From Antechinus flavipes (Eukaryota), in NCBI RefSeq assembly GCF_016432865.1, contig NC_067401.1:112096001-112160000 (forward strand): a stretch of DNA of 64,000 bases, in the 5' to 3' direction. Positions 14,601 to 29,303 of this stretch are shown one piece after another. The notes beneath the pieces were generated by a model that saw only the letters and a program-made list of their open reading frames with translations, made no database searches and was not told the DNA's origin. Within the stretch, counting starts at the first letter, position 1; every line of letters begins with the position of its first letter. Position numbers and translations under genes: made by a program.

Positions 14601-17600
14601 NNNNNNNNNNNNNNNNNNNNNNNNNNNNNNNNNNNNNNNNNNNNNNNNNNNNNNNNNNNNNNNNNNNNNNNNNNNNNAATAAATGAATTTAAGAGGTTGA
14701 TGAGGGAGGGGGAATGACCAGAATCCCCTATGGGGTTGGGGAAATGGGGCTTCTGGAATAAATCACATCAGGTCTCCAAAATCTTGGGTAAGGTAAAGGG
14801 GAAGGAGGGAAGGGATAATAATACTGCCCCCACTCATCCTTGTTTTTTTGTAATCAGACATGACCATAAAATCCCACGTATCTTATTTTCTATTTCTGAG
14901 CCTGGCCCAGACAGTATCTAAAACTAAAGTTCTAGTGATAGGGATGAGGGTTTATAAACCTTCTCCCCAAATCACACCTCTGAGGTATGTGGAGTAGAGA
15001 ATCTCTGTTCAGTACAAGGGGACAAATGGGCTTAGAATCTGGGTCAGGAGGGGCACGACGGGGCTTCCCAGAAACAATCAGCCCAAATCCACAATATAAT
15101 CCAAGTCACACATTACAGCTTCATGCCTCCACCCCACTAGTAGCTCCTGAAGTACCCATGTGTCCCGTCCCTGTTCTTAAAAAAATCTGGGATAGTTTAC
15201 CCACCTGGTGCCCAAAGAGAAGGGGAGAGCACAAAAGCTGCTGCCTCCAGATTATTCTGGAGCTGAGACTGAGCTGAAGGCTCTAAGGGACTCATAAGGA
15301 GGCAAACCCCACTCCCACCAATGCAACATTCTCCTTCCCATACACAACTGAACCTGCAAGGCTGCTGAAAAGAAAGAATAAGACTGAATCTCTCTTGACT
15401 CAGAATCTCTGAGGGAGTTAGAAAATCAGTCAGGTGCCAGGCAGAATGTCTTTCACCCCAATATCTACTTCAGGGACCATCACCACCTCTCTAATCTATC
15501 TTTTTCCTGAGTAATTAAAGAGCTGTCTCCCCAGCATAGAGATGCATAACCAGGCTTGTGCAAAGAAAACGGCCATACAATTGAAAGAATCACTGAAGAT
15601 ACAATTCTCCTATCTCACTTACCCTTGAGGTTCTCACTGTATTACTTACTACCTCACCCTCCACCCCTACACTTTCCTCAGTATTCTCTTATCTAAGGAA
15701 TGGAAACCACAGGAAAAACCTAAGCATATAAAGAGACTAGTGCTAGCCCAGCCAGTCTCCTAAGGACATACTAAATCTTATGTACGATGAATTTAGCCCC
15801 TTCAACTTTGCTGATGTTACACAAATTGCCACTTATCTCCACTGACATCATCTCAACCAAGTCTCAGCTCCTTTTGCCCAGCAGCCCTGTTCTACCCCAA
15901 CACCCCACACTACTGCCAGGCATGCTATCTGGCAGTCAATACATGCCCTGAGCACTGCCCAGCTGCAGACAAGTGGGCATTAGAACACAATACTAAGTTT
16001 TCTTGCTAGTGCTGAACAGAGGCTGAAGGCAGCTAAAAGCTGCCAAAGTCTACCATTTCTCCCTCATAGGTTTCTTCACCCCCAACCATTACCCCTCCAA
16101 GACTACTCCCACAACCAATTCCCCCTAAACACCAAGATATCTAATTGGCTTACCAGTGTTATATCCATGAGATCCATACCCACTTGGCTGTTGGAAAGGG
16201 GTGGCCGATGCGTTCACACTGACATTCACACCATGCTGCTTGGAAGAGGTAGGAGCGACCTGGAAGGGAAAGGGAGGGGGGCCTCAATGACCTTGTGAAG
16301 ATATCCTTACACTATGACTCTGTCCCATGGGACTAACTCAGAATTGTATATTGGTCAGTTCAATGGGGGAACTGAACTCAGTTAAGCAATGTGGGATGCT
16401 CACTTTACTACCTGAATGAAAGTTTTAAAAACCTACCAATGCTATCAGTGATGAATGGTCAAGTGAAGGTAAAAGGGGAGAGGGAACATCAGGCTAGCAA
16501 CATGTCTACAGAAAATAATGTCTACATGAGAATACATTTCTGATTTACTCTACTTAGAGATAAACAATCATTCTCTCTTCCTTTGCTAGGGATTTCTCCC
16601 CCCCCCCCCCCCCCCCCCCAAGCTCTGGGGTCAGGAATGCCTTCCTACCTGCTAAGAATCTAGCCAATGTACTGGAGAGTCAGGGTGAGTGATTATGGAT
16701 CTGGAAACCTGCCCTCTATAGAGAATGACCAAGGAGAGGTNNNNNNNNNNNNNNNNNNNNNNNNNNNNNNNNNNNNNNNNNNNNNNNNNNNNNNNNNNNN
16801 NNNNNNNNNNNNNNNNNNNNNNNNNNNNNNNNNNNNNNNNNNNNNNNNNNNNNNNNNNNNNNNNNNNNNNNNGTGAGTCTGCGTCTGATTCTGCTGGGGC
16901 TGTGCCAGGGTCGTGGCTGGGGCTGGGGATGAGGCATCTCCACGGCCGAACTTTGAGAGGTCACCTGTGCCAAGAGATTCTTAATGTCCACGGGGCCCTT
17001 TCATCTCTTGGGCAGTGGAATCACATGTTTCCAGGGGATGCCTTTTCAAAACTGTAAAATCTCAGTAATAGATGAAGTAACTTTTGTGCGGTGTTATATT
17101 TTTAATTAGTGGGCGAGCTGGGAGGAAAAAACAGGCTTTCTGACTTTTTTTCAACTACACATGCTGGGCCTACTGAAGACTCTATAAAGTTTTCACTGCA
17201 GATCTCTGGGTACCAGTGACTTAGACAGGTATTCTCTCCATCTGGAATTTTTATCTGCTATACTTTGTTCTTTTCCCAGAGATTAAATTCTATCTCTCTC
17301 CAACACTCCCAAATATCCTGAGGAGACAACAGGCATTCGTAAAACCACAATCACGTTCAGAAAAATTTCCTAAACTCTTACTATTGTGGAAGACACTGCA
17401 GAGGAGTTGATGGTAACTTTGCAATAGCTAGTATACTGGGCAAGAGTAAGGGACCTCCCAAGGTACCTTCCTCAAAATTCTGCACAGCTCTCTTCTGCTA
17501 CACTGCCAATTCAAGTCTTCTTTCACCATTCTGAAAATGTGGTTATCTCAGCACTTGTTCTCTAGGTATTTGCCTACAATGAATTATCGATTACCTGTGT

Positions 17601-20600
17601 CTCAGAGAAGCTAATTTCCCTTTCCTCTTTAGTGCACAACACACTTTTGTTTAAAACATACTTTTATTTAAGATAAGAGGTCAATGAAGGGGATGAAGGA
17701 TAGAATCATAAAAGCTACATTCACACAGCCCTTCATGACTACAAAGCACATTACATGTATTCTCTATGGAGACTTAGCCCTGTCACCAGTAGGGAAAGAC
17801 TCTTCTACATAAAGACAATAATAAAGCTCAGAGATTAAGCAACTTTTCTGTATCACTCAGCTAATGATCACACTCAGACTTCTAAGCTTGAATGCCAAGA
17901 TAACAGACCAGAAAAAAGAGGCCAGGGAAAATGGATTTTTAACAGGTAACAAGACTGCCACCAAAACGAGGACAAGAAGGAAAAATGAACTCAAGAAATT
18001 TAAGAATAGAAAGTGAGGTTCAAAGTATTTTCTCAGAAAAGCTGGTAAACATTAGAGTCACAGATATAACAGAAAAAGCTGGGAAGAAGCCTCAACAACA
18101 AAGCCTGTTCCACTAGGAGCCAAAAGTTAACATCTAATATTTTTTCCAAACCCTTCTTGCTGCTGACAAAACAGCCCAAAGAAGAGTTCCATAAGCTCCA
18201 ACATCACGTTCAGCCCCAACCCAGTCCTACCAGAGTAAGGGTTGCTGGCCAGGCTACCATCCCTCCCGGTCAACGGAGTAGTAGGTGTAGGGAATGGGAT
18301 GCTGTAGTAATCCTAGAAAACAGAACAAGGAGGTTGAAAATCCATACCTTAGTCCCCATTGTAGTGATCCTCAATAGGTTAGAAACAAAAATGTTAAGAG
18401 TAATGCGTATAGCCAGCCACCAATAGTGCTGGCCATAGATCACATAAGCTCTGTTTTCTCTGGCACACACTGTCCCCCCTGCTTGACTATTGGCAGAGTC
18501 AGGCAAGGTCTACGGGAGTGCCCATTTAAGTTGCCTAAGTACCTACAAGTGTTTTTTGTCCTGATTTATCTCCCATCCCTGCTGAAATCCTCTCTTCAAA
18601 AGTCACGGTCAAGATTATTCTCTTGAACAAACAGATACTGTTCTCTGGGTTTGCCAGGGGAAAAGTAAGGTACCCTAAGGTCCATAAGAAAGTGCTTAAG
18701 TGAGCACTGAGGATTGTCAGGTAGAGGTTCCAACTTGACACATAATTTTGATTTTTATTACATTAAGAAATTACCTCTTCCCCCAATTCTCAGCCTCTCT
18801 AAACAGCTTCTTTTGTCATGATTCTATCCCACATACTCACCAAGGGGAATCTTGTCTGAAGCATCTGCAAGTCGTCATAACCATACACTTGTGGCTGAAA
18901 GATACAGAAATATCTGTGATGAGGGAAGGTTGGTCACTAAATCCTTCCTATACCATACTCAAATATGGTAAGAATAGACCAAGGAAAACAAGTCAAGAGA
19001 ACCCAACAGCCAGCTTCTAAAGAGAAAGTCCCTTCTACCCTCTATACAAAAGTACCTTTAGAAGACCAGAAAAGAACACATTGGGTTTCTTCCATTTTTA
19101 AAGGGGAAAAAAACAAAAGGCCCAAGGTAATTTGTGCAAAAAATCCACTCATCAATTTTTATCCATCTTTTTCAAAATCTGGCTTAAGATCTCTCTCCTG
19201 AAAGCTTTCTCTGAGTTGGTACTAAGTTTTTGTTTTGGGTTTGTTTGTTTTTTTCCCCACTGGAGGAAGCTTTAACATCCTTAAAGTCAGGAAAATGCAT
19301 CTGTAAAGCCTTCCATTAAGTTTAGAGTCAACAACCATAGCAAAGAATCCTGAAAAACTGAATCCCAAGTTTACCCTGAAGTGTTCTAAAGACATGAGAG
19401 GAAAATAACTTTCTCCAGAGAAATTGAAAAAGATACCAAATTTATATTCAAACTACTAAAGACCCACTCCAAGTATGGATGATGGGATAGTTTGACTAGA
19501 CCCCATTTTTCTTCCTTGTTTTATGCTGTAAAATCCCAAAAATTAAACTCCCTAGTTTATATGTGGTTCCAACTAACTCATATTCACTCTGTGCAGAGTC
19601 AAAAAGCAAAAGGAAAGAGACAAGGAGAAGGACCATCTTACTTTTCAGAGATATCCCTCAAATCCCACTTACCGGGTAGGCATGTAACAGCCCTGGAGCC
19701 ATGATATATGGATTAGGCAACAACGGTGGGACCCCAGGAGGAAGGTTGGGGGGAGCTTTTCCTGAAAGAGAGAGGACACTTCTAATATGATAAATAACCA
19801 TTCCTTTTCCTCTTTACCCTGAAGACTTACCACCCACTTCCCAAGTAGGGTTACCTGAAGTTGTGGCAACTGAACTTCTGGTTGAGGCGGTGACGGTGGA
19901 GTTACTGCCCAGGCTGAGGCCTAGACTGCTGCCACTATTTAGGCTGGATGAGACGCTGACCACAGGGGGAGGCGCCGAGACTGTGCTGGATGCAGTAGAG
20001 AAAGTGCTGGAGGAAGAATGGAGACTCGCCTCACTTTCAACGCTTGTGTGCTACAAACAAGAGACAGGGAAGAAGGGAACAGAAGTTTTCACATTAGGTA
20101 AAAAGTCCAAGATCTTGCTACTAACCAAGCAATGAACTCTGGTCAGAAGAGCTGGGAGATTACAAGAGTGTTCTATGCCAATATAGGAAGGGGAACAAAA
20201 CCTCTAGCTAGCAGGTTTTTCAAACCATTCTAGCTGAGACCCATTCCTCCAAAAAACAGAAGAGGAAACTGACACAATCAATATGGAAACATCATACAAG
20301 GTACTGAAAAGCTATGCTAAATTAAGTAACATTAAGACCTTAAGATATCATTCCTGATGGACAATATTACAGTCACAGCATTATGGCTTCCCTTTTTGTT
20401 CCTTTCTCCTCTAACAAGAGACAATGGGAATGGGAAAGAAAGGATCTAATAATAACTCATGTAAACAAATTCTTTTAAGCTTCTAAATATCATGATAATT
20501 TGAAGATAAAGTGATGAGAGGTAAAAAAAAAAAAAAACTTAACCTCAGGCCACACACAATAAGACATCAACAGGAATTTTAATTCAGATCTTCTGATCAC

Positions 20601-23600
20601 CAAATTATTCTTGCTTTCATTATACCACAATCTAAGCCAGGGATTTGAAAAACTGCCTTTGCCCAAATAATTAACTCCACCAGACAAAGACCAGAAGATG
20701 AGAATGTGGCATCCATAAAACATTGTTCATATCCAAGAGAGTCCTGGAATACAAAGTGCTAGGTTATCCCATCACATGAAAAATAGTTGTCTTCAGGTTA
20801 GAAACGAAATGCCCATTCAGATACAAGAATAACTGGGAATTCCATTAAAAATTACCATGATTTAATGGAAAAAGCACAGATCTGATCAGAAAATCTGAGT
20901 TCAAACTGAAATATATGAAGGGCTGTCATGTGGAGGGGGATTAGATTTGTTTGTTTTGGCCTCAGATGGCAAAACCAGGCAGAAATTACAAAATACATCA
21001 CCAAATTTAGAATTAATTTCAGGAAAAACTTACTAACAATCAGAGCTACCTGTTAAGTAGAAAAAGCTACCTTGAGACATGCTAGGTTTCCCTCTCTACT
21101 GTCTTCAAGCTGAAGCCAAACAACCCTCAGTTAGTTGCGTTCTGTTAGGGATTCGTCTCTCTCCTCTGTCTAAGACAAGATGCCTGCTGAGGTTCCTTCC
21201 AATTTTTAAATTAATTTTTTCTGAAATCCTAATTCTTTAACTAGCATGACCTTGGGCCAAATTCCTTAACCACTTTGGGGCTAAGTTTCCTTATTTATAA
21301 AATGAGGAGGTTGGATTAGAGAAAGTCATTAATCCTTTAGAACTCTAAATACTATGGACCTTTGACCTTAAGGTACAGAAAAGAAAACTATCTTTATAAT
21401 CACAAAAATAGCAAAAGGATCTTAAAGCCCAGTATCTTAAATTTAGTCAGTGAATCAATGTTTATTAAGCACTTAGTATATGCCAGGGACTATTCCAAGC
21501 ACTGAGAATGCAAAAAAAGAGAAAAAAACAGTTCCTGTTCTTAAGAAGCTAATAATTACTTAGGCTTGCCAAACATAACAACGGTTGGGAGTTTTAGATT
21601 CCCAATAAATTCAAATTCCTAGCAAATTTAGCCCAACTGAAGGGTTAAACAGTAGCAAGCACTAGGCATAGGCATCAGAAGGTCAGCTTTGCTACCAAGC
21701 AACTTAATTAACCACTTCAGACCTCAATCCTACTAGTTAAGTTCCAGAATAGATTGAAAAAGGATATTTGAAAGGCATTCCTGAAATATCTACTCAAATC
21801 TTTCTCTCTAGGGAACCTAAGGATCCTAAAATTTCTGTTTAGCAGTCCAAAAATGAAGTTGTATTAAAATCACTGCCCTTCCTATTTTTTATTAGTATTT
21901 CTGAGCAGGCTACCTTCAGTGAAATGCTATAAAAAACTGATAAGATTCAGTTAGCAGACATTCCAAATCTGGCCTCCATTTTAATTGTTCAGATATAGAT
22001 GTAATTAATATAATGCCAGGCCAAGAGAAAAGGAAGGCATTATATAATGGTAGTAACCACTTGAGACTATAATGAATCATAAGGTCATATAATCTCTGGG
22101 GTATCTACCTGTGACACTATGACCTTATGACTTAACTTCTCAAGACTATAAACAACTAACTTCAAGAAAAGGTATCCATCTGCACTTGTAGAGAGAATTC
22201 CCTGTACCAATAAAATCGTAAGTTCAGTCCAAAAAAAGGGATAACAATGCTTTTAGAAATTTTGGGAGCCACCCAAAGTTATTAGAACAACTATATTATA
22301 TAGCTCAGTGGCACAGGATAGAGAGCTGGGCCTAAAGTCAGGAAGACTCATCTCCCAGACTGCAAATCTGGCCTCAGACACTTAGTAGTTGCTAGACCTT
22401 GGACAATTCACTTAACCTTGTTCACCTTATTTTCCTCATCTATAAAATGAGTTGGAAATGACACCTCTGTCAAGAAAACCCCAAATGGGTCCACACAAAG
22501 AGTCCACACCACTGAAACAATTCAACAATCACAACACTAACTTATAAATGTCCATGGTTGAGGTTCAAATCATTGGTACACCACTCAAATTATTATCAGG
22601 TTCTATTCTCTCACCCCCTCACTTCACTTTCCATCATTCTATCACTTCTATTCTCTTGTAGTCTCCTAAACCCTTAAGAAAATTTGTAAATTTGTTATCC
22701 TGAAGAAACCTTCAATATAGAAATATGGAAATCTGATGTGGGACTAATTGGCCTATTTAGTTTCACATGCATTTATTTAATGCTTATTATAGATAAAATA
22801 CCTGTTTTTATACACATATTTATGTATTAGCCCTCCACCCCCCCCCCAATTAATTTCGTATCTTAATGTTTTGGTTTTTGACCATTTTTATTTCATAGGA
22901 GTTGACTAAGGTCACAAAATAAGCATGTATATGTGGGGAATGAAGAGTTTTCTCCTAATAGATGATAAATATAAGGAAGCCTTGTCCTCCATCTATAGCA
23001 TCAACTTGCACTCACCAAAAGAGTTGATGTTGAAGTGCGCCCAGAAGATGATGACGACGAAAGTGTATTCTGTTGGGTAGATAATGTGCTAGAAAGATAC
23101 AGGGAAAGAGAAAATATTTTTAGCCAAAGGACTTCAACCATCTATTTCTTCTTGGGATTCAAAATCAGACAAGGTATCATGAAAAGGGGGGGAAGGGGAA
23201 GAGGGAAGGAAAGAAGAAAACGAGAGGGCTACCAATTATTCCATTTGAAGAGATCAGTAAAACAATTAGTTGCTGAAAAATGAAAGAAACACTTTTTTAT
23301 CTCCAATGTTCTTAAGTCATCTGATTACATCAAAGCCATCAGGACTACAGAAACCTATAGAAATAATAATGGCAACAATCACTGATTTACATAATTTTAG
23401 GATTTTCAGAATGTTACAAAACAGACTAATGTTCGGAATAGCTTTCGGGAGGACCTCAGTGGAGGAGTGCAGAAGGCAGGAGAACCACCATGAAACTGCT
23501 AAAAGATAGAATGCCTCATTTCCAGTCCCTCTTAGCCCTTATATACCTTAATACAATTACATCATTTCAGCATATTGAATATGTGTGAACTAGAGAACAA

Positions 23601-26600
23601 TCATCTCATCAATTCCACTGAGTTAACACCTTATTTTAAGTATGTATACTTCTCCAGAACTCTGGCCTTCTATAGACTATTTTCATTTGAGCTTAACAAG
23701 ATCCTTGGAGTAGATGTTTAAGGTAGTATCTGAAACTCTTCCTGTCTTCAAATCAAATACTCCACATGCCAGCCATTTAAATACACCTGTTGAATGTCAA
23801 ACAAGGATCCCAGAGGACGGACTACAGTAATTAGCAGCATCCCCATTCACTCACCTGCTGTGTTGAGTGGTGGTAGTATTTGGAAGCTCCTCACTGTGGC
23901 TCAAGCCACCCAATGCGGATGAGTGCTGATTGGCTGTGGTCAGCAAGGAAGCTGCAGATACTGTGTCATTGAGAGGGGGGATGCTGGGAGCAGAGGGTGA
24001 GTCCGATTTCACCGCAGGGCCAGTAGCACCTAAGAAGAAAGGAGGAGTAAAGAAAAGAAAATTGCAATTTTAGAAGCCCTGAAGGGAAAAGCAGGAAAGA
24101 GTAAAGACGTAGCCAATATTCAAAACTGCCTCAATTATAAGCAAATAAGATTAGTAATAACAGTTCACTTTGATTTCAATAGAATCTATTTTTCTTTAAA
24201 AACTCCAATTATTAAGAGGCATCTAGATGGAGCAGTGGATAGAGCACCAGCCCTGAAGTCAGGAGGACCTGAGTTCAAATCTGTCCTCAGACACTTAATA
24301 CTTCTTAGCTGTGTAACCATGGATAAATCACTTAACCCCAACTGCCTCAGGAAAAAAAAAAAAAGCTACTCCAAATATCTGGAAAGTTATTATTTTCGTA
24401 TCATCTTTATAAGGGGAAGGTATCATTATCTCCACTGCAAAAAAACTAAGGCAAAGAAATATTTAGTTCTTGCCAAGATCAGTAAGTCAGAACATAAGAA
24501 AGACAAACTCCTGACCACTGACTTGGAATTTTTTCAATAGACTGCAATGTTATTATGTACTAAAATGATTTGCAGATATTTTACAATGAAAAAAAATTTG
24601 CATTTTAAATAAGATTTATGAAGAACCCTTCCAGTCAACATTTAAAAATATTTGTAAATAAAAAAATTATAAAAATCTACTAGTATTACACCAAATGAAG
24701 TCATTTTTAAAAAAAATTTGTATCATTAATACACTATGTGTCAGAATCACCAGAAGGCAAATTGAATAAAACATTTATCGTATGTGTATTTCTTTCATTT
24801 CTGAAGTGGATGTTTACTTTTACTGTCCATCTTGGACATTTTCACATTCTCTTCCCTTCAAATTCTTTGATTTTATTCACATTTTTGCATAAAGCATAGT
24901 TTTTTTAAAAAAAAAAACATTAATGGAAACAAATTCTGATCCTTTTAAATTCCTTTGTTAAAACTGATAATCAATTGATTATGTATTACATGGTAGCACT
25001 GGTTATGCTTAAAGACTAATTCTATACGAACAAGAAATTTTAGTCTTTTATACCATTCTTCATCAGTATCTAATGGTTTTCTGTAATGATGGGACATATA
25101 CATATTATATGCATATACATATATGGACAGCAAAACAGATGGGCTGTCTGATCTGCTATGTCTGCTGATAAAAACTCTTTTTCATGGATAGCTTTCTAAT
25201 AGTTTTGTGAAGTCTAGTTTGAGATATGTTCATCATATAGATACTAGAATAGAGGTTACAAAATAAAACAAAATACCTTTAGAAAGAAAACTGGAGAACA
25301 CTCACCTTCAACAGATTGTGTGGTCTGTAACTGTGTGGCCTGCACAGAGCTGAAGCCATTCTGGAGCAAAAAATAGATAGATCTGAGTGAGTAGAGCCTG
25401 TTAGTATTTGCCCAGGCTTATTCTCTATCAGCAAGCCTTTTCTTCAAAAAATTCAGAGGAAATTGACTGTATTTAAATAATTTAAATTGAAGGATTAACA
25501 CTCCCCACACCCAAAAAAAAAAGAAATTCATGGGAGTCTTAGAGGATAAGATATATGTGCATTAAAGGATAGCAGGTGATAGCCCCCAATCTACTAAGGA
25601 AACCCAGAGCCCTAAAAAGATGCTGGAAAGACTTACAGACCCAGATCAATGATCCTTAGGGGGAATGTCTATGGAAGTAATGCAGTTCAGCCAAGCCATT
25701 AATTTGGCAGCCTGTAGATCTGGCAGTCACTCCACATTTCCTCTTGCATACACTGTCCCCCCCAACTGGCCATGAGGCAAAGCCAGATGAGGTCTACTGG
25801 TATGCACCTAGCATTCTAGCAATCAGATATCCCAATGAGATGGGGCAGGCACTGGACTAGACACAAACCCTGCTCCATCAGCTGGGATCTTTACATTTAT
25901 TCCTCCAGGGAGAATGATTCTTTGGTGCCAAGAGAACAGTCAGCTGGGCTTGGCCCAATCGCAGAAACGTGCTCTCCTTTCCTGCTTCTGCCCAGGTGCT
26001 CCCCAAGGACCCTCTGCAGCATTTGTGGCAAAGTGAAATGTTGAACCATGAGGGATTTTGTCCCCTTGTTCTCCCAACCACCTCCCAGGAGCTTCTAATC
26101 AACCTACCTTTGCCTGAGTCAGGTCCTTCTGAGGAGACGAGGAGATGGAGTTGGGGTACCGCCGAGTCTGTGTGGATCTCTGTTCATAGAGCGGGCCCTG
26201 AGCACTGTTTTGGGAGGTATAGGTTGTCGACTGAATTGGGCCGCTCTGATAGCCAGACTCCTGACTCTGGTTGGATGAAATTGTGGATGAAGACTCACTA
26301 TGTGGGATAAACAGAGAAACACACAATCATGTGTGGAATAGATGAAACTTACTAATAGATCAGGATTGTCAGGAAGGATCCTACTAAGATACAGGGTCAA
26401 TTCAATCACAATAAAGAAATCCTGTACCACCAAGTTACCAAATCTAAATCTCCACCACTGCCTCCTGGCCATCACTTGGATACAACATATGTCTACAATA
26501 CCAGTGGTACAGACAATATAATTCAGAAAACCCGACTAGAACTTTGAGTAGAAGGCACAAAGGAGTCACTAAAGGTAAAAATAATAATAAATATTATTTA

Positions 26601-29242
26601 TTTAAAAATTAAAAAGGACCTTATATGTCAAAAGTTCAAATTGTAAAGCTACATAGAAACTTCTACAATCTCACTATCATTTATGCAGTTTTTTTGTGGT
26701 TTGCAAAGTTACACTTTATCTCCTTTGATCTTTAAAACCACACAGATTAAATGCTATTATTCTTTTTTTTTTTTTAAACAAATGAAGAAACTGAGGCTGA
26801 CGGAATTTAAGTGACTTGTTCAGGGTCACATAAATCTTATAATTATGATTTAAACTAAGGAAGATCCGAGTTATAAATCCATTCCATCAACTATGTCTTC
26901 AACCTGCAAAGTACTATACTATAGTCTTGCAAGTTCCTTGACAAGTAGTCATCCAGCTGAAATTTACCTCCCTCTTATTTATACACATCTGGTTCTAATT
27001 ACATCAAGCAGAAGCACTTTCAATATCAAATCACTTCCTGTTCGCTTAATAGCTGTTACCAGAGAAGATAAAGTATCTATCTGTTTTGCCTCTCTGCTCC
27101 TTGAGGAGATAAGCTCTTCCAGATCTTTAGTTTTCACACATTTTAGGAAAAATGAAAAAGCCATGAAGAATCTGAATGGCAATAGTGCTATCCAACATGG
27201 ATACCCCAATGAATCCCAGATTGTGAACCCTAAACAGTGGATTCATCTTCTATTACTCAACTTAAGCCAACAAGTTCAAGATCACTTCCTCAAGACTCCA
27301 TTAATTCAACAAACACTGAATAATATAACTTTAAATGCCACTGAAAGGGCATCCTTGAGATGATCTAGTTTCATTTCCCAGGAGCCTCATTTTGCCCAAT
27401 ATTTTATTCAACTTCATTCCTCACTTTAGGCCTCCAAAGTTGAATAGTCAAGTTGCTGCTAACCACTGGGGGAAGGAGTCTTTTCACACCTGTAGAGTGA
27501 ATGGCTTCAGGAAGACAAGCTCATATAACTTTAAGGTTTTCTGTTATATATGCTAACCACTCTCCATGAAGTCTATGAAAAAATCCAGGAAGGAATCTAC
27601 TTGTTTCTTCTGGAGCACACTAGCTTCACCCAACTCTTTTCCCCCCGATCTCTTTATTCACATATTTTATGTCACTTACATTATGCAACTGTACTGGCAT
27701 CTATCCATATTTATCATGTATGTAGCTTACATTAACCCCCTTCCCCACATACCCACTTAAAATAGCACTTAAATGGGGAAGGGAATAAGCACTTATATAG
27801 GCCCTACAATCCAACAGGCAATCCTGTAATGAAGGTGCTGTTTGAGGTAGGTTGAGGAAATCGAGGTACAGGTTAAGGAACTTCCCCAGGGACACACAGC
27901 AAGTGTCTTCTTGAGTATGAATTTGTATTCAGGTCTTCATGGTTTTAGATGCAGGGTCCTAATCCCCATACCACCAGATGCTTTCCTTTACATGTTGAAT
28001 AGATTACAGTATATCCTGGATACAATATACGTGTGCAGAACTGAACAGTTTTCTTGTTGCACAGGGAGAATTGAATTCAGAAGGTATAAATAATCCGGGA
28101 AGAAAAACAAAAATGCAAGCAGTTTACATTCATCTCCCAGTGTTCTTTCTTTGGGTGTAGCTGCTTCTGTCCATCTTTGATCAATTGAAACTGAATTAGC
28201 TCTCTTTATCGAAGAGATCCACTTCCATCAGAATACATCCTCAAACAATATCATTGTTGAGGTATATAATGATCTCCTGGTTCTGCTCATTTCACTTAGC
28301 ATCAGTTCATGTAAGTCTCGCCAGTCCTCTCTGTATTCATCCTGCTGGTCATTCCTTACAGAACAATAATATTCCATAACGTTCATATACCACAATTTAC
28401 TCAACCATTCTCCAATTGATGGGCATCCATTCATTTTCCAGCTTCTAGCCACTACAAACAGGGCTGCCACAAATATTTTGGCACATACAGGTCCCTTTCC
28501 TTCCACCAGATGCTTTTAAAAAGCCACTGACAGCAAGCTTTTCTCGTGTTCTGAAGCCTACTTAACATATCATCTGCATTAAGTCTGCACACTTACCAGG
28601 AGTCAAACAGGCACATATTAATTACTACTTCCTTAAAGAAAATAACAAATGATCCTGATAGTGTTGATTTAAAGCACCACGAACATAAGAAAATCAACAA
28701 TAAAATACAAAAGTCCCTCTAATTTCTGATAGAAAACTTATCCTTAATTTTTCCTTCCCTAAATGAAACAGATTCAGGCTAGTTTTGGATCAATAGTCTC
28801 AAAAGTGACATGAACCTAAACCACAAGACAGCAGGCAGCTTTATATTGTACCTTGCAGTGCTGGTGTAGAGACTGCTTGGAGTCTGACTTGAGGAGGCGC
28901 TCGTGGTAGGAGTGGACTCATACTCTGAGAGAACAGGCTCTGACCCAAACTGTAATGCCCCAAACTGCAGGTTTAGCCCTGAGATATCCGCTGAGCCAGG
29001 CATCTCCACTGCCAGAGCAGGAATCTATAGAAAGACAGGAAGGGGGATGTGAGATTTAACCTTTTTATAACTTTATAGTTTTTAAAGATCTCACTGTTAC
29101 ATATTACCAAATTAAAAGATATGTAACTGTAAATTAGTCCAATAATTCTGGAAAATACTTTGGGACTGATAATCAAATGATTAAAACATCCTATATCTTT
29201 TCATCTAAGAGTAAGGATTAAAATAATGATAGCTAACACTCA

Positions 29243-29303
<61 letters not shown>

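Noticed and set aside
26455-26510. Possible third, decayed SNORA58 copy (cactgcctcc...tggccat...gtctac)
   Set aside because: Only short scattered matches, with no intact stems, H box or ACA box. A covariance-model search would be needed.
26893-27363. 156-aa plus-strand ORF in intron 14 (likewise 51701-52180 and 60110-60586)
   Set aside because: No recognisable protein. They are antisense or intronic, and the last overlaps an L2 fragment.
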